Notes: a model not told the origin generated them from the sequence alone. DNA of 40,781 nt from an uncultured Muribaculaceae bacterium (GCA_964538005.1 CAZIDO010000002.1:1-40781), one strand, 5' to 3'; shown: positions 7,639-18,120, numbered from the stretch's first letter. Made by a program: numbers and translations.

Positions 7639-8487
7639 CTAATTGTGGACTTTCGTATTAATTCTTCCTAAACTATCGTATGCTCTTTTTAGAATGTGTT
7701 CAGTTTGGTCACAATAGATATGGTAATTATCATCATAGACTTCATAGTCTACGCCAAGTTCTTGGTAATAATTAGGATCAGTTACTACTGCTCCATCTGA
7801 TGGTCGGCCTGTGGCTTTAGTAATAGTTTCTGCAGATTTAACAATAGCGAATTCTAAGAAGGCATCGACAGGATTTCTACTAATAACATGATTAACGGCA
7901 CCTGCTTGTATAAAAATTTTGTTTGGAACAATTAAATTTTTTACATAGCCGCTATCTTTAAATGTCTGTCCCATATCGCGAACAAAGCCATATGATTGGT
8001 CCATATATATTTTAGAAACAAGATATACAATTCTATTTAAAATAGATTTATTTTTGATATTTTCTAATTCATCGATATCCGCCAAAAGAGAAAATGGCAT
8101 AGTTGGAGAAACAACGCTAACACGGTCAATAGAGCTTGAAGGTGTTGTGAGCATTGCTACATTTCCTCCTACACTGGCTCCTATCATATCCACATCGGTT
8201 AAACCTTGTGATTCTAGTAATTCAACTAACGAATCAGCAAAAAGTTTTGTAGTTATAGAACTTTTATCGTATGCTCTTAATTTCTTTTCCATATTATCTT
8301 TATAAGCATATTCTGCAATAAAAGGAAAATGTGTATTTTCATCATACCAAAATCCTTCATGTTGCTGAATAAGGTCGTTATCACAAGGTACATTATCTAG
8401 GACTTTTTTGGTATTAACTGTCCATTTCCCAGCGTGTCCGCGGATAAAAACTATTGGTTTTTTTCCCTTGTCTTTTGGGTCACTCAA
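7639..8487 (-). CDS. Alpha/beta-hydrolase (lipase/esterase-like)
   Basis: 282 aa. Contains PIVFIRGHAG (oxyanion region), nucleophile elbow GASVGG, PSDGAVV (Asp) and NYHIY (His). Confidence 0.7.
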   Translation of the reverse strand: MSDPKDKGKKPIVFIRGHAGKWTVNTKKVLDNVPCDNDLIQQHEGFWYDENTHFPFIAEYAYKDNMEKKLRAYDKSSITTKLFADSLVELLESQGLTDVDMIGASVGGNVAMLTTPSSSIDRVSVVSPTMPFSLLADIDELENIKNKSILNRIVYLVSKIYMDQSYGFVRDMGQTFKDSGYVKNLIVPNKIFIQAGAVNHVISRNPVDAFLEFAIVKSAETITKATGRPSDGAVVTDPNYYQELGVDYEVYDDNYHIYCDQTEHILKRAYDSLGRINTKVHN

Positions 8488-9161
8488 AAGGCGCAGTTAT
8501 GTGCTTTGACATGTTAAAGTATTTCAAGAATAGAACAAGTTTTTTGAAGACGAATCTTTATACAATGTCAACCCCTTTTAAAGGAACTTTAATGGCATCA
8601 CCTAAATTCTTATTTGAAAGTTTAGACGATAAAATAGTAAGACGTATAAAAAATCAATTTTTAACCGATAGAACAGTCGATATACTAAGAATCGTTTATA
8701 ATTTTATTGTTAGTAATTCTCATATGGATTATGATATTGCGCTGCCTGGCGGAATTCCAGAAGAATATATTTCATTATACGACCCAAACTTGCTACAAAA
8801 TATATTTTCCGATTCAAACATTAAATCTGCCCATCAATTAGCATCTTATTATAATGTTTGTACTGGTATTGATGAAAAAACAATGCCGCTTGCTCTTAAA
8901 AAAGCAGATTTCCTAGGAATAGGACTGTGCATTTTAGATGAGTTATTGTATAATGAACCTTCCGATGGTTTAGTTACTGTATCGTCTCAAAGAAGCATAG
9001 AACAGCACTATGGGGAAAATTTAAACCAACTTTCTATTGTATCATCATATCATGATATTTTGAGCAACCCACGAGCAACCGAAGAATTGTTATTCGTCGT
9101 AAATGACACATTGGAACTACAAGAAGAAGTAAAAATCTTTCAAAAAAGCCGAAGGCATTAA
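8454..9161 (+). pseudogene. 5'-truncated paralogous alpha/beta-hydrolase (begins at the nucleophile elbow)
   Basis: The ORF starts with MVFFPCLLGHSKGAV, so GHSKG sits at residues 9-13. The roughly 95-residue N-terminal strand/oxyanion region present in the divergent paralog is missing. PSDGLVTV and SYHDIL are retained. No RBS. The first 34 nt are antisense to the start of the neighbouring gene. Confidence 0.5.
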
Positions 9162-9221
9162 TTGTCTTCTTTTTATTGTAATAATTGCTAAAATAAAGAT
9201 TTTTCTGTATAATCGATATAG

Positions 9222-10100
9222 GTGATTAGAATGCTAAAAATAAGTAATGAATGGCAAGAATATGAATGTATAGATGCCGGTAATGGAGAAAAATTAGAAA
9301 AATGGGGAAAGTTTATTTTAAGAAGGCCAGACCCTCAAGCAATGTGGGGAATAGACTTTGATAATGATTGGAATAAAATAGATGGTTTTTACCACCGTTC
9401 AGAAAAGGGTGGAGGTTACTGGGATTTTAAAACAAAGTTACCTGAGTACTGGACGGTTAATTACAAAGATTTAACCTTTAAAGTAAATCCGACTAATTTT
9501 AAACATACAGGATTATTTCCCGAGCAAGCTACAAATTGGGACTATATGATGGACAAAATAAAAAAATCAGGTAGGGAAGTTAAAGTACTTAACTTATTCG
9601 CGTATACTGGCGCAGCTACTATGGCATGCGCTAAAGCAGGGGCTGAAGTAGTTCAGGTAGATGCTTCAAAAGGAATGACTGAATGGGCAAAAGAAAACAT
9701 GAAATTATGTCATTTAGAGAATCAAACTATTAGATTTATTGTAGATGACTGTTTAAAGTTTGTCGAAAGAGAATATCGTAGAGGCAATAAGTATGATGCG
9801 ATAGTAATGGATCCTCCTAGTTATGGTAGAGGACCTAATAAAGAAGTATGGAAATTTGAAAAAAACATCGCGGTTTTATTAGAAGCATGTATTAAAATAC
9901 TAAGTGATAAACCATTATTTCTATTAATCAATTCTTATACAACCGGAGTATCCAATATAGTTTTAGGTAACATGTTAAAAACTTCACTAATAAACTTATA
10001 TGGTGGAAAAGTGGAAACCGGGGAAGTTGGGTTACAAGTGACTAAGAATAATTTAATTTTACCTTGTGGAATATATGGAAGATGGGAAAGTAATGATTAA
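9222..10100 (+). CDS. Class I SAM-dependent methyltransferase (RlmI/YwbD-like catalytic domain)
   Basis: Motif I VLNLFAYTGAAT and motif IV DAIVMDPPSYG. The likely start is ATG 9231. Confidence 0.85.
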   Translation: MIRMLKISNEWQEYECIDAGNGEKLEKWGKFILRRPDPQAMWGIDFDNDWNKIDGFYHRSEKGGGYWDFKTKLPEYWTVNYKDLTFKVNPTNFKHTGLFPEQATNWDYMMDKIKKSGREVKVLNLFAYTGAATMACAKAGAEVVQVDASKGMTEWAKENMKLCHLENQTIRFIVDDCLKFVEREYRRGNKYDAIVMDPPSYGRGPNKEVWKFEKNIAVLLEACIKILSDKPLFLLINSYTTGVSNIVLGNMLKTSLINLYGGKVETGEVGLQVTKNNLILPCGIYGRWESND

Positions 10101-10746
10101 TATTATTTACGAAGATAACCATTTGTTAATAATTGATAAACCAATTAATATTCCAGTTCAAGCAGATGATAGCAATGATGAAGACTTACTTTCAATATTA
10201 AAAAAACATTTAAAAGAAAAATACAATAAACCAGGTAATGTTTATTTAGGACTAGTTCATCGTTTGGATCGACCAGTTGGCGGAATTATGGTTTTTGCAA
10301 AAACCAGTAAAGCGGCTTCAAGATTAAGTGATCAAATAAGAAAAAACAAAATGATTAAAACTTATATAGCTGTAGTCCAAAATAAAATTGAACCGAGCGG
10401 GACTTTTATTGATAACTTAGAAAAAGACCGTAAAACCAATATAACTAGGGTATCAGAGGCCGGTAAGAAAGCTGAATTAAGCTATGAGCTGGAAGATTAT
10501 AAAGACAACTTATCGCTAGTTAATATTAATTTAAAAACTGGGAGATCACATCAAATAAGAGTGCAATTTTCTTCAAGAGGATATCCATTATATGGCGATC
10601 AAAAATATAATAGTAATACCACAAAAGACCAAATAGCCTTATTTGCTAAAAAAATAGAATTTGTACATCCCACAACTAATGAGAAAATATCTTTTGAATT
10701 ACCAATACCGAATCGATATCCATTTAGTATTTTTAAAGAGAATTAA
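10066..10746 (+). CDS. RluA-family pseudouridine synthase
   Basis: HRLDRPVGG catalytic motif and GRSHQIRVQ. The likely start is ATG 10093, overlapping the upstream stop. Confidence 0.9.
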   Translation: MEYMEDGKVMINIIYEDNHLLIIDKPINIPVQADDSNDEDLLSILKKHLKEKYNKPGNVYLGLVHRLDRPVGGIMVFAKTSKAASRLSDQIRKNKMIKTYIAVVQNKIEPSGTFIDNLEKDRKTNITRVSEAGKKAELSYELEDYKDNLSLVNINLKTGRSHQIRVQFSSRGYPLYGDQKYNSNTTKDQIALFAKKIEFVHPTTNEKISFELPIPNRYPFSIFKEN

Positions 10747-10783
10747 TTTTCTCTTTTTTCATGAAAAAAAGTACCTTAAGTAC

Positions 10784-12280
10784 TTAATCATTCATAAATA
10801 AATTACTTGAATAGAAAGTTGGCTCACATGTAAGATTAATATTTAAATTTTTAAGTGTGTTTAAATCACCGTTATATACCATAAATGAGGCATGGGCTTC
10901 ACAATTTTGAAGTTCTTTTAATTTTTGAAGAGCCTTTTCAATAATTGGATTAGTTACTGAACAAATACTTAAAGCAATTAAAACCTCTTCTAAATTTAAA
11001 GATTTTCTTTCTTTACTATTGGATTTTAATTTTAAAATAGGTTCTAATACATTAGGCGCTAATAAATATACTTCATCAGGAATATTAGTTAATTCTTTAA
11101 TAACATTAAGGATTAAAGTACTAGCAGGACTTAATAAATCAGTCCTTTTACCAGTAATAATTTTTCCATTAGGTAATTCTAAAGCAATAACTGGTAATTG
11201 CTCAGCTTCACTTTTAATGTTGGCGGCATCAATGACTGGTCTTTTTTCATGTGGGTCAATTTCTAATTCATTCATTAATATTTTAATTCGTTTATAAGTT
11301 TCCTCGTCGCCGATACCAGTTTTGGCATCACATAAAGCTTTATAATAACGTCTAATAATCTCCTGTTTACTAGCTTCGCAAACGACATCATCATCATCAA
11401 TACAGAAACCAACCATATTAACACCCATGTCTGTAGGAGAACAATAAATTTCTTTACCAGTAATTTTATATAAAATGGATTTTAAAACCGGGAAAACTTC
11501 TAAATCACGATTATAGTTTATCGCCGTAACATTATATTTTTCCAAATGGAATGAGTCAATCATATTGACGTCTTTTAAATCAGCTGTGGCAGCCTCATAA
11601 GCCATATTAATTGGATGCTTCAGAGGTAAGTTCCAAACTGGGAATGTTTCAAATTTAGCATATCCAGCTTGTATTCCATTTTTATAGTCATGATATAACT
11701 GTGATAGACAAGTGGCTAATTTACCACTAGCTGGACCTGGTGCAGTAACAACTACTAAAGGTTTGGTAGTTTCTATATGTGCATTAGCACCGTAACCCTC
11801 GTCACTAACAATAATATCAACGTCAGTTGGATAACCTAAAGTTGGAGTATGGGTATAAGTTTTAATATTTCTTTTTTCTAATTGAGTTTTAAATTTTTCG
11901 GCACTACTCTCTCCATTATATAAAGTAATAACAACACTGTTAACGTTAAGTCCTAAAGTAGTAAATTCGTCAATCAGCCTTAATACTTCCATGTCATAAG
12001 TAATTCCGTAATCAGCTCTTATCTTTCTTCTTTCAATGTCTTTAGCATTAATACAGATAATGATTTCCGTAATATCTTTTAATTCTGATAACATTTTTAT
12101 TTTAGAATTTGGAGCGAATCCAGGTAAGACACGACTAGCATGATAGTCATCAAAAAGTTTACCGCCAAACTCTAAATAAAGTTTATCAAATTCCTCTATT
12201 TTCTCTTTAATTTTTTCACTTTGAATTTGTACATATTTTTCATTGTTAAAACCGTATTTCATTGTCCCCACCTCTACCAT
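10784..12280 (-). CDS. DUF1846 / UPF0371 family protein
   Basis: The N-terminus KYGFNNEKYVQIQSEKI...LYLEFGGKLFDDYHASRVLPGF is characteristic of UPF0371. The likely start is ATG 12262, after AGAGGTGGGG. Confidence 0.85.
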   Translation of the reverse strand: MVEVGTMKYGFNNEKYVQIQSEKIKEKIEEFDKLYLEFGGKLFDDYHASRVLPGFAPNSKIKMLSELKDITEIIICINAKDIERRKIRADYGITYDMEVLRLIDEFTTLGLNVNSVVITLYNGESSAEKFKTQLEKRNIKTYTHTPTLGYPTDVDIIVSDEGYGANAHIETTKPLVVVTAPGPASGKLATCLSQLYHDYKNGIQAGYAKFETFPVWNLPLKHPINMAYEAATADLKDVNMIDSFHLEKYNVTAINYNRDLEVFPVLKSILYKITGKEIYCSPTDMGVNMVGFCIDDDDVVCEASKQEIIRRYYKALCDAKTGIGDEETYKRIKILMNELEIDPHEKRPVIDAANIKSEAEQLPVIALELPNGKIITGKRTDLLSPASTLILNVIKELTNIPDEVYLLAPNVLEPILKLKSNSKERKSLNLEEVLIALSICSVTNPIIEKALQKLKELQNCEAHASFMVYNGDLNTLKNLNINLTCEPTFYSSNLFMND

Positions 12281-12434
12281 TTAAATCATATCACAGATTA
12301 TTTTTTTTGTTAATCGTTTTTTAAAAACTTGTCACTTTCTGACGGAAAAAGTTTTAGAATGGGGTAAAATGTCAAAAACAAATGCAAAAAAAGACAAAAA
12401 GTGGTAAAAAATAACATATGGCGTGCCAAGCTAC

Positions 12435-12463
12435 TTGACATTACCTAGTAGTAGTATTATACT
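12435..12463 (+). promoter_or_regulatory. Sigma-A-type promoter
   Basis: TTGACA (12435-12440), 17-nt spacer, TATACT (12458-12463), upstream of the PIG-L gene. Confidence 0.6.
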
Positions 12464-12484
12464 TATTTTACGAGGAGAAATAAT

Positions 12485-13168
12485 ATGAAAAAGACATTAT
12501 ATGTTATTGGTACTTTGTTATTAGCGGTTTTAGTAGTTTTTATTTTTACTAATTCTAGCAATAAGATTCCAGTTAAACAACAATTAAAAAAATTAGAGTT
12601 AAAAAATGTTAATAAATTAATGATAGTTGCTCATCCGGATGATGAAACCATTTGGGGTGGGGCGAATTTAATAAAGGATAACTATCTAGTAGTTTGTATA
12701 ACGTGTGGAACCAATAAGGTCCGTGTCGAGGAAATTAAAAATGCTCTGGACTATAGTAATGATAAATTACTGATGTTAGATTATCCAGATAAAGTCATGG
12801 GCAAACGCAGTAACTGGAAAAGTGAAAGAAAGCAAATAAGAAAAGATCTGCGAACAGTTTTAGAATATAAAGATTGGGATCTTGTTATTACCCATAATCC
12901 CGATGGTGAGTATGGCCATCAACATCATAAAATCACTAGTAGTATGGTAACTGAATTATACGGTAAAAGAGATAATTTATATTATTTTGGTAAATACTAT
13001 ACTAAGAAGGAAATAGATAAACTAAAACCAGAAGTAACTTTAAATAAAACTTTATTAAAAAGAAAAACCAAAGATATGCTTCCAATATATCGTAGTCAAG
13101 ATTTTATTAATGATAAATTTGGACAAATGTATCCATATGAAAACTGGATTGTAAGTACGGAATGGTAG
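12485..13168 (+). CDS. PIG-L/LmbE-family deacetylase with an N-terminal membrane anchor
   Basis: MIVAHPDDETIWGG motif and HNPDGEYGHQHH metal-binding region. Confidence 0.85.
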   Translation: MKKTLYVIGTLLLAVLVVFIFTNSSNKIPVKQQLKKLELKNVNKLMIVAHPDDETIWGGANLIKDNYLVVCITCGTNKVRVEEIKNALDYSNDKLLMLDYPDKVMGKRSNWKSERKQIRKDLRTVLEYKDWDLVITHNPDGEYGHQHHKITSSMVTELYGKRDNLYYFGKYYTKKEIDKLKPEVTLNKTLLKRKTKDMLPIYRSQDFINDKFGQMYPYENWIVSTEW

Positions 13169-13200
13169 TGTATAGTAAGTATAAAATATTACTTAAATAG

Positions 13201-13229
13201 TTGACAAAAACATTCAAAAAAGCTACAAT
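13201..13229 (+). promoter_or_regulatory. Sigma-A-type promoter
   Basis: TTGACA (13201-13206), 17-nt spacer, TACAAT (13224-13229), upstream of the YfhO-like gene. Confidence 0.6.
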
Positions 13230-13272
13230 TTAATTGTACTATCACAGATGATACAAATCAGGAGTCGGAATT

Positions 13273-15822
13273 ATGATTAAAAATAGGGAACATAAAAGTA
13301 AATTTACAAAAAAAGACTATCTAAATGTTAGTCTTTTAGTTGTCCTTTATTTAGTTGTAGTTTCCCTCGTTACACATGGAACGTTTGTGTATGGCTCAAC
13401 GGTTGATTGGAATGTTCAACATTGGGCAATTCCAGAATACTTTAGAAATTTATTTTATCAGACTGGTGATATAATTCCCAATTTTGCACCTAACTTGGGT
13501 GGCGGACAAAATATCTTTTATTTCGCATATTATGGATTTTTAAGTCCAATAATTTTAACATCTTATTTACTTCCAAATATTCAAATGTATGATTTTATTT
13601 CATATAGTAGTATATTTATGGGTATTTTAAGTACAGTCCTATTTTATAAATGGTTAAAAAATCATAATTTTAAAACAAGCGTTTGTTTGGCTGCAAGTGT
13701 ATTATTTTTGTGTGCTGGCCCATTAATTTTTCAGAGTCATCGTCACATTATGTTTATGAATTATATGCCTTTTGTTATTATGGCTTTAATGGGTGTTGAT
13801 AGTTATTTTAAAACTGAAAAAAGACCATTATTAATTATTAGTGTTTTCTTAATCATTATGACCAGTTATTTTTACAGTGTTGGTGCGATAGCAGGTATTG
13901 CAATTTATGGTATTTATGTTTATTTAAATAAGTACCCTAAAGAAGGTATTAAACATTTCTTTAAAGAGGCTTTCAAATTTGCTTTACCAATTGTCGTTGC
14001 AATTTTAATGTCCTGTGTGTTATTATTGCCTGTTTTACACGCTTTACTAAGCGGACGTATCCATGGTGATGTTCCCGTTAATATTATGGATTTAATTTCC
14101 CCGCATTTTGGTTTAGAGTATATTTTATATAGCCCTTATTCTGTGGGACTAACAGCCATTGTAGTTATTGCCTTATTTTGTAATCTTATTTTTCCAAAAC
14201 GTGATAATAGATTTTTAAATATTGCTTTAATAGCAATTATTACGATGAATATATTTGTTTATTTCTTAAATGGAACTTTATATTTAGATGGAAAAGCCTT
14301 AATTCCGTTATTACCTTTATATGTTTTAGCGATAGCTTTATTTTTAAAAAGAGTTTTAGAAAATAAAATCGCGTTATATAACATCTTATCCATGTCGGCA
14401 ATATTAATGATTTTAGTAATAATTTTTGCTAGAAAAGATCAAGCTTTACTTTTTATAATTGATGCTGTATTGATGCTACTACTTATTTATTACTACTATC
14501 AACATAAAAGAGAAAAAAAATTACTTATTCCAATAATGGCTTTGGCGTTCACAATTTGTGTCTGTGTCAATTTTGGTGATATATTAGTTTTAAAAATAGA
14601 ACATCAAAAAGAAAATGACCAAATAATTACTGATTTAATCAAAGAAGTTAAAGAAAAAGATGATGGATATTATCGTATTTATACTGATTTTAAAGGTGAC
14701 CAAGCAGTCAATAGAGTTTTGGCTAATGAAAATACAATAACTTTATATTCATCAACTTATAACAAAGAATATAATAAATTTTTCTTCCATACTTTTAATA
14801 ACAATATTAAATATCGTAATTCTGTAATAACTCATGAAAATAAAAACAGTATGTTTGAAACATACATGGGAGTTAAATATTTTATTACTAATAAAAGTGT
14901 TCCTTTAGGTTATGAAAAAGTAAAAACCAAGGGGGAATATACTTTATATAAAAATAATAGTGCGATGCCAATTGGATATGCCAGTAATAATATTTTAAGT
15001 GATAAACAATATAAGGCTTTAAAATATCCATACAAATTAGAAGCATTAATGAATAATATTATAGTGAATAACGCACCTAAGAAAGCTTTAAATTCTAAAA
15101 TGGAAAAGTTCAAACCAAACATTGTTGAAAAAAAGTATACTAATTTAGATATTAAAAATAAAGGCCATCGTAAGTTTATTAAAACCAAAAATGAAGAGCC
15201 AGGTTTTATCCATGTCGAATTAGATAAACCAATTAAAGATGAAATGTTATTAGTTAGAATTCATGTAACTAATCCACAATCTTGTAACAAGGGTGATACT
15301 TCAATAACTATTAATGGAGTTAAAAATAAATTAACTTGTCGCGAGTGGAAATACTATAATCATAATCAAACATTTGATTACACTTTATCAAGACCAAATG
15401 GAGTTAAAACTTTTGATATTAAATTTTCAAAGGGGACATATACTATTAATGATGTTCAAATTTTTACTTTCGATTATGATAATATTACTAATTTGAAAAA
15501 TAATGTCGATGAATTTAGAATTGATAAAGAAAAAACTAAAGGCGATATGATAAAAGGTAATATCGATGTTAAAAAAGATGGATTCTTCATGTTAACAATT
15601 CCATATGACGACGGTTTTAAACTAAAGGTGGATGGTAAAGAGCAAAAATATCAAGAAGTTAGTGGAGCATTTATCGGCTTTCCAATTGTTGAAGGTTTTC
15701 ACGAAATAGAAATCACTTATGAATCACCTAATTTTAAAAAAGGGTTGATTTTAACAATAATCGGAACAAGCATATTTATTATTATTCTAATTTATGATAA
15801 TATTAGAAGAAGAAAACAGTAG
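13273..15822 (+). CDS. YfhO-family polytopic membrane protein (putative glycosyl-transfer/flippase-type)
   Basis: 849 aa with many TM helices, a large extracytoplasmic C-domain and a final TM helix. NLGGGQNIFYFAYYGFLSPI is typical of YfhO proteins. Confidence 0.8.
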   Translation: MIKNREHKSKFTKKDYLNVSLLVVLYLVVVSLVTHGTFVYGSTVDWNVQHWAIPEYFRNLFYQTGDIIPNFAPNLGGGQNIFYFAYYGFLSPIILTSYLLPNIQMYDFISYSSIFMGILSTVLFYKWLKNHNFKTSVCLAASVLFLCAGPLIFQSHRHIMFMNYMPFVIMALMGVDSYFKTEKRPLLIISVFLIIMTSYFYSVGAIAGIAIYGIYVYLNKYPKEGIKHFFKEAFKFALPIVVAILMSCVLLLPVLHALLSGRIHGDVPVNIMDLISPHFGLEYILYSPYSVGLTAIVVIALFCNLIFPKRDNRFLNIALIAIITMNIFVYFLNGTLYLDGKALIPLLPLYVLAIALFLKRVLENKIALYNILSMSAILMILVIIFARKDQALLFIIDAVLMLLLIYYYYQHKREKKLLIPIMALAFTICVCVNFGDILVLKIEHQKENDQIITDLIKEVKEKDDGYYRIYTDFKGDQAVNRVLANENTITLYSSTYNKEYNKFFFHTFNNNIKYRNSVITHENKNSMFETYMGVKYFITNKSVPLGYEKVKTKGEYTLYKNNSAMPIGYASNNILSDKQYKALKYPYKLEALMNNIIVNNAPKKALNSKMEKFKPNIVEKKYTNLDIKNKGHRKFIKTKNEEPGFIHVELDKPIKDEMLLVRIHVTNPQSCNKGDTSITINGVKNKLTCREWKYYNHNQTFDYTLSRPNGVKTFDIKFSKGTYTINDVQIFTFDYDNITNLKNNVDEFRIDKEKTKGDMIKGNIDVKKDGFFMLTIPYDDGFKLKVDGKEQKYQEVSGAFIGFPIVEGFHEIEITYESPNFKKGLILTIIGTSIFIIILIYDNIRRRKQ

Positions 15823-15853
15823 AGCACCTTAACGGTGTTCTTATATTTAAGAG

Positions 15854-16666
15854 GTGAAAAAAATGATTAAACATGACTTTATTTTAAAAGAAATGACACC
15901 AAATATTTTACATATTGAAGATTATAAAGGTGTTCACGTTACCTTAATAAAAGGTGACAAGGGAGCTATTTTATGGGATACTGGTTATGGCCTTTATGAT
16001 TTAAAAGCTTTAATAGAACAATTAATTTCTGTTCCGGTTAAAGTATTAGTAAGTCATGGGCACCCCGATCATATTCTAGGCAGCTATCAATTTGATAAAA
16101 TATATTTAAATCATAATGACTGGAAAATCTCTAATAACTTTAAGTGTCGTTATTCTAAAAGGAATGTAGCCCAAAATTTAACTGAAAAAGGTCTACTAAG
16201 TAATAAAGATAATCAAAAATATCTTAAGTCAAAATTACCACCATTTGAAGATTTAAATGAAGGCGATGTTTTTGATTTAGGTGGCTTACACGTAATAGCT
16301 GTTAATTTACCAAGTCATACGCCAGGGGCAATGGGATTATTAATTGAAGAAGAAAAGATCCTCTTAACTGGCGACGTTATTTGTAATGATTTTTGGATGT
16401 TTTTGCCCGAAGCTTTACCTGTTTCAAAAACAATTGAAACAATGAAGAAAACTTTGGAATTACCTTTTGATTTTTATTTGCCTTCGCATAAAGCTGAATT
16501 ATATCCAAAAGAAAATGTCAAAAACATTATAGAACATTTAGAATCATTGAGTCTAAGAACTTCAGTTAAAAGAAAAATGTATGGCATTTATAATGTCTAT
16601 GAAAGTCACTATGAAACTCCTTATGGAGACTCAGTTGTGGTATATGATAAAAAGAAACTTAAATAA
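15854..16666 (+). CDS. MBL-fold metallo-hydrolase
   Basis: HxHxDH motif (SHGHPDH). The likely start is ATG 15863, after GAGGTG. Confidence 0.85.
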   Translation: MKKMIKHDFILKEMTPNILHIEDYKGVHVTLIKGDKGAILWDTGYGLYDLKALIEQLISVPVKVLVSHGHPDHILGSYQFDKIYLNHNDWKISNNFKCRYSKRNVAQNLTEKGLLSNKDNQKYLKSKLPPFEDLNEGDVFDLGGLHVIAVNLPSHTPGAMGLLIEEEKILLTGDVICNDFWMFLPEALPVSKTIETMKKTLELPFDFYLPSHKAELYPKENVKNIIEHLESLSLRTSVKRKMYGIYNVYESHYETPYGDSVVVYDKKKLK

Positions 16667-16769
16667 ATTATTGACTAATTTTAAAAAAATTAGTTTTTTT
16701 TATGAAACAAGAAGGAAATAGAAAACTTATGTTGTATATTACCATTGAAGGGGCTTAGAAAGGAGAAAC

Positions 16770-17663
16770 ATGTTTAAAAAAATTATACTTCTATGTTTAG
16801 GTGTATTTATTTTTATTAGTGGAAATACTTTAGTAAAAGCTGATAACATTACTTATAAAAAATTAGACGGAATTTATTTCAACTTAAAAGTTAACGACAA
16901 AGTAGAATCAAATTATGTAACTATGTTTTATTTAGATGACCGTTTAGCGTATTGTATTGAGCCAGGTAAAGATATTACTACAAGTAATTATGATGCTTTT
17001 ACTGATTGGTCTAAAGTTAATATAGGTTCTGAAAAAAGTAATTATCTTGAAAAAATCGGATACTATGGTTATGAATATCCTGGGCATCAAACGGATAAAT
17101 ATTATATTGCAACACAAGAGTTGATTTGGCAAGCTTTTAATAATGTAGAAATTTATTTTACGACTGAAAAAAATGGTAATGGGAATATTATTGATATAAG
17201 TAAAGAAAAAGAACAAATACTTAAATTAGTAAAAGGTCATGATACTTATCCTTCTTTTTCAAATACTAAAATCACTGGTAAAGTAGGAAGAAATTTGATG
17301 GTTGAGGATACTAATAAAGTATTAAGTGATTACGATATAAGTACAAGTAAAAATCATAAAATAAAGATTAAAGATAACACTCTATCAATTGATTTTAATA
17401 ATGAATTGGTTAATGAAGAGGTAATAAATTTAACTAAAAAAAATTATGATAATAAAACCTTATTAGTATACCTTAAAGAGGGTTCGCAGCAATTAGCAAG
17501 CTTACGTTTATCGAGTACTAATAAAACAAATTTTACTTTGGCCAATGAACTAGAAGAGGTTCCAGAAGTTATTAAAGTACCAGTTACCGGAATTGATAAT
17601 AGTCAAGTAAAGCATTTTAATGTATTTTGCTTTGGAGTAAATAATGGCAAAAAGTTTAATTAA
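16770..17663 (+). CDS. Secreted thioester-domain (TQXA/TED) surface protein with a variant sorting signal
   Basis: Signal peptide MFKKIILLCLGVFIFISGNTLVKA. Cys motif AYCIEPG (Cys codon 16953-16955) and TQxxIW motif ATQELIW (Gln codon 17115-17117), as in Cys-Gln thioester adhesins. C-terminal VPVTG (17577-17591) is followed by a short hydrophobic stretch and a KK tail. Confidence 0.65.
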   Translation: MFKKIILLCLGVFIFISGNTLVKADNITYKKLDGIYFNLKVNDKVESNYVTMFYLDDRLAYCIEPGKDITTSNYDAFTDWSKVNIGSEKSNYLEKIGYYGYEYPGHQTDKYYIATQELIWQAFNNVEIYFTTEKNGNGNIIDISKEKEQILKLVKGHDTYPSFSNTKITGKVGRNLMVEDTNKVLSDYDISTSKNHKIKIKDNTLSIDFNNELVNEEVINLTKKNYDNKTLLVYLKEGSQQLASLRLSSTNKTNFTLANELEEVPEVIKVPVTGIDNSQVKHFNVFCFGVNNGKKFN

Positions 17664-18120
17664 AGCTATAGGAATTTTAGTAATGACGGCAAATATTAAT
17701 TTGAATACAGTAACTATTGAAGAATTATATTATCAAAACCCCATTATCGAAATTCCTAAAATAAATTTAAATAAAACCTTATATCCTGAAGATAAAACAA
17801 AAAATAATGTTAATAAAAACATCGAAATAATTAGTGGCTCTAAACTACCAAATACAACTAATGGTAACTTAATATTAGCTGCTCATAGTGGTAATACTAA
17901 AAATGCTTATTTTAATAATCTGGATAAGCTTAAATATAATGATACAATATATGCGTATTATCGTAATAAAAAATATAAATATGTAATTAGTGACATTTAT
18001 GATGTACCAAAAACTGGGTATATAAATATCAAAAGAAAATTAGATAGAACAACTATCACTTTAATAACGTGTAAAAAAAATACAAGCTTACAAACAGTAT
18101 ATATTGGATATTTGCAATAG
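17644..18120 (+). CDS. Small sortase-family transpeptidase
   Basis: 158 aa. Contains LILAAHSG (His) and TLITC (Cys). Overlaps the substrate gene by 20 nt. No Arg occurs after the catalytic Cys (see findings). Confidence 0.75.
   Translation: MAKSLIKAIGILVMTANINLNTVTIEELYYQNPIIEIPKINLNKTLYPEDKTKNNVNKNIEIISGSKLPNTTNGNLILAAHSGNTKNAYFNNLDKLKYNDTIYAYYRNKKYKYVISDIYDVPKTGYINIKRKLDRTTITLITCKKNTSLQTVYIGYLQ

Noticed and set aside
12369-12407. 12-codon Lys-rich ORF (MSKTNAKKDKKW) in the DUF1846/PIG-L intergenic region.
   Set aside because: Too short, with a weak RBS and no supporting promoter or terminator. It cannot be supported from sequence alone.
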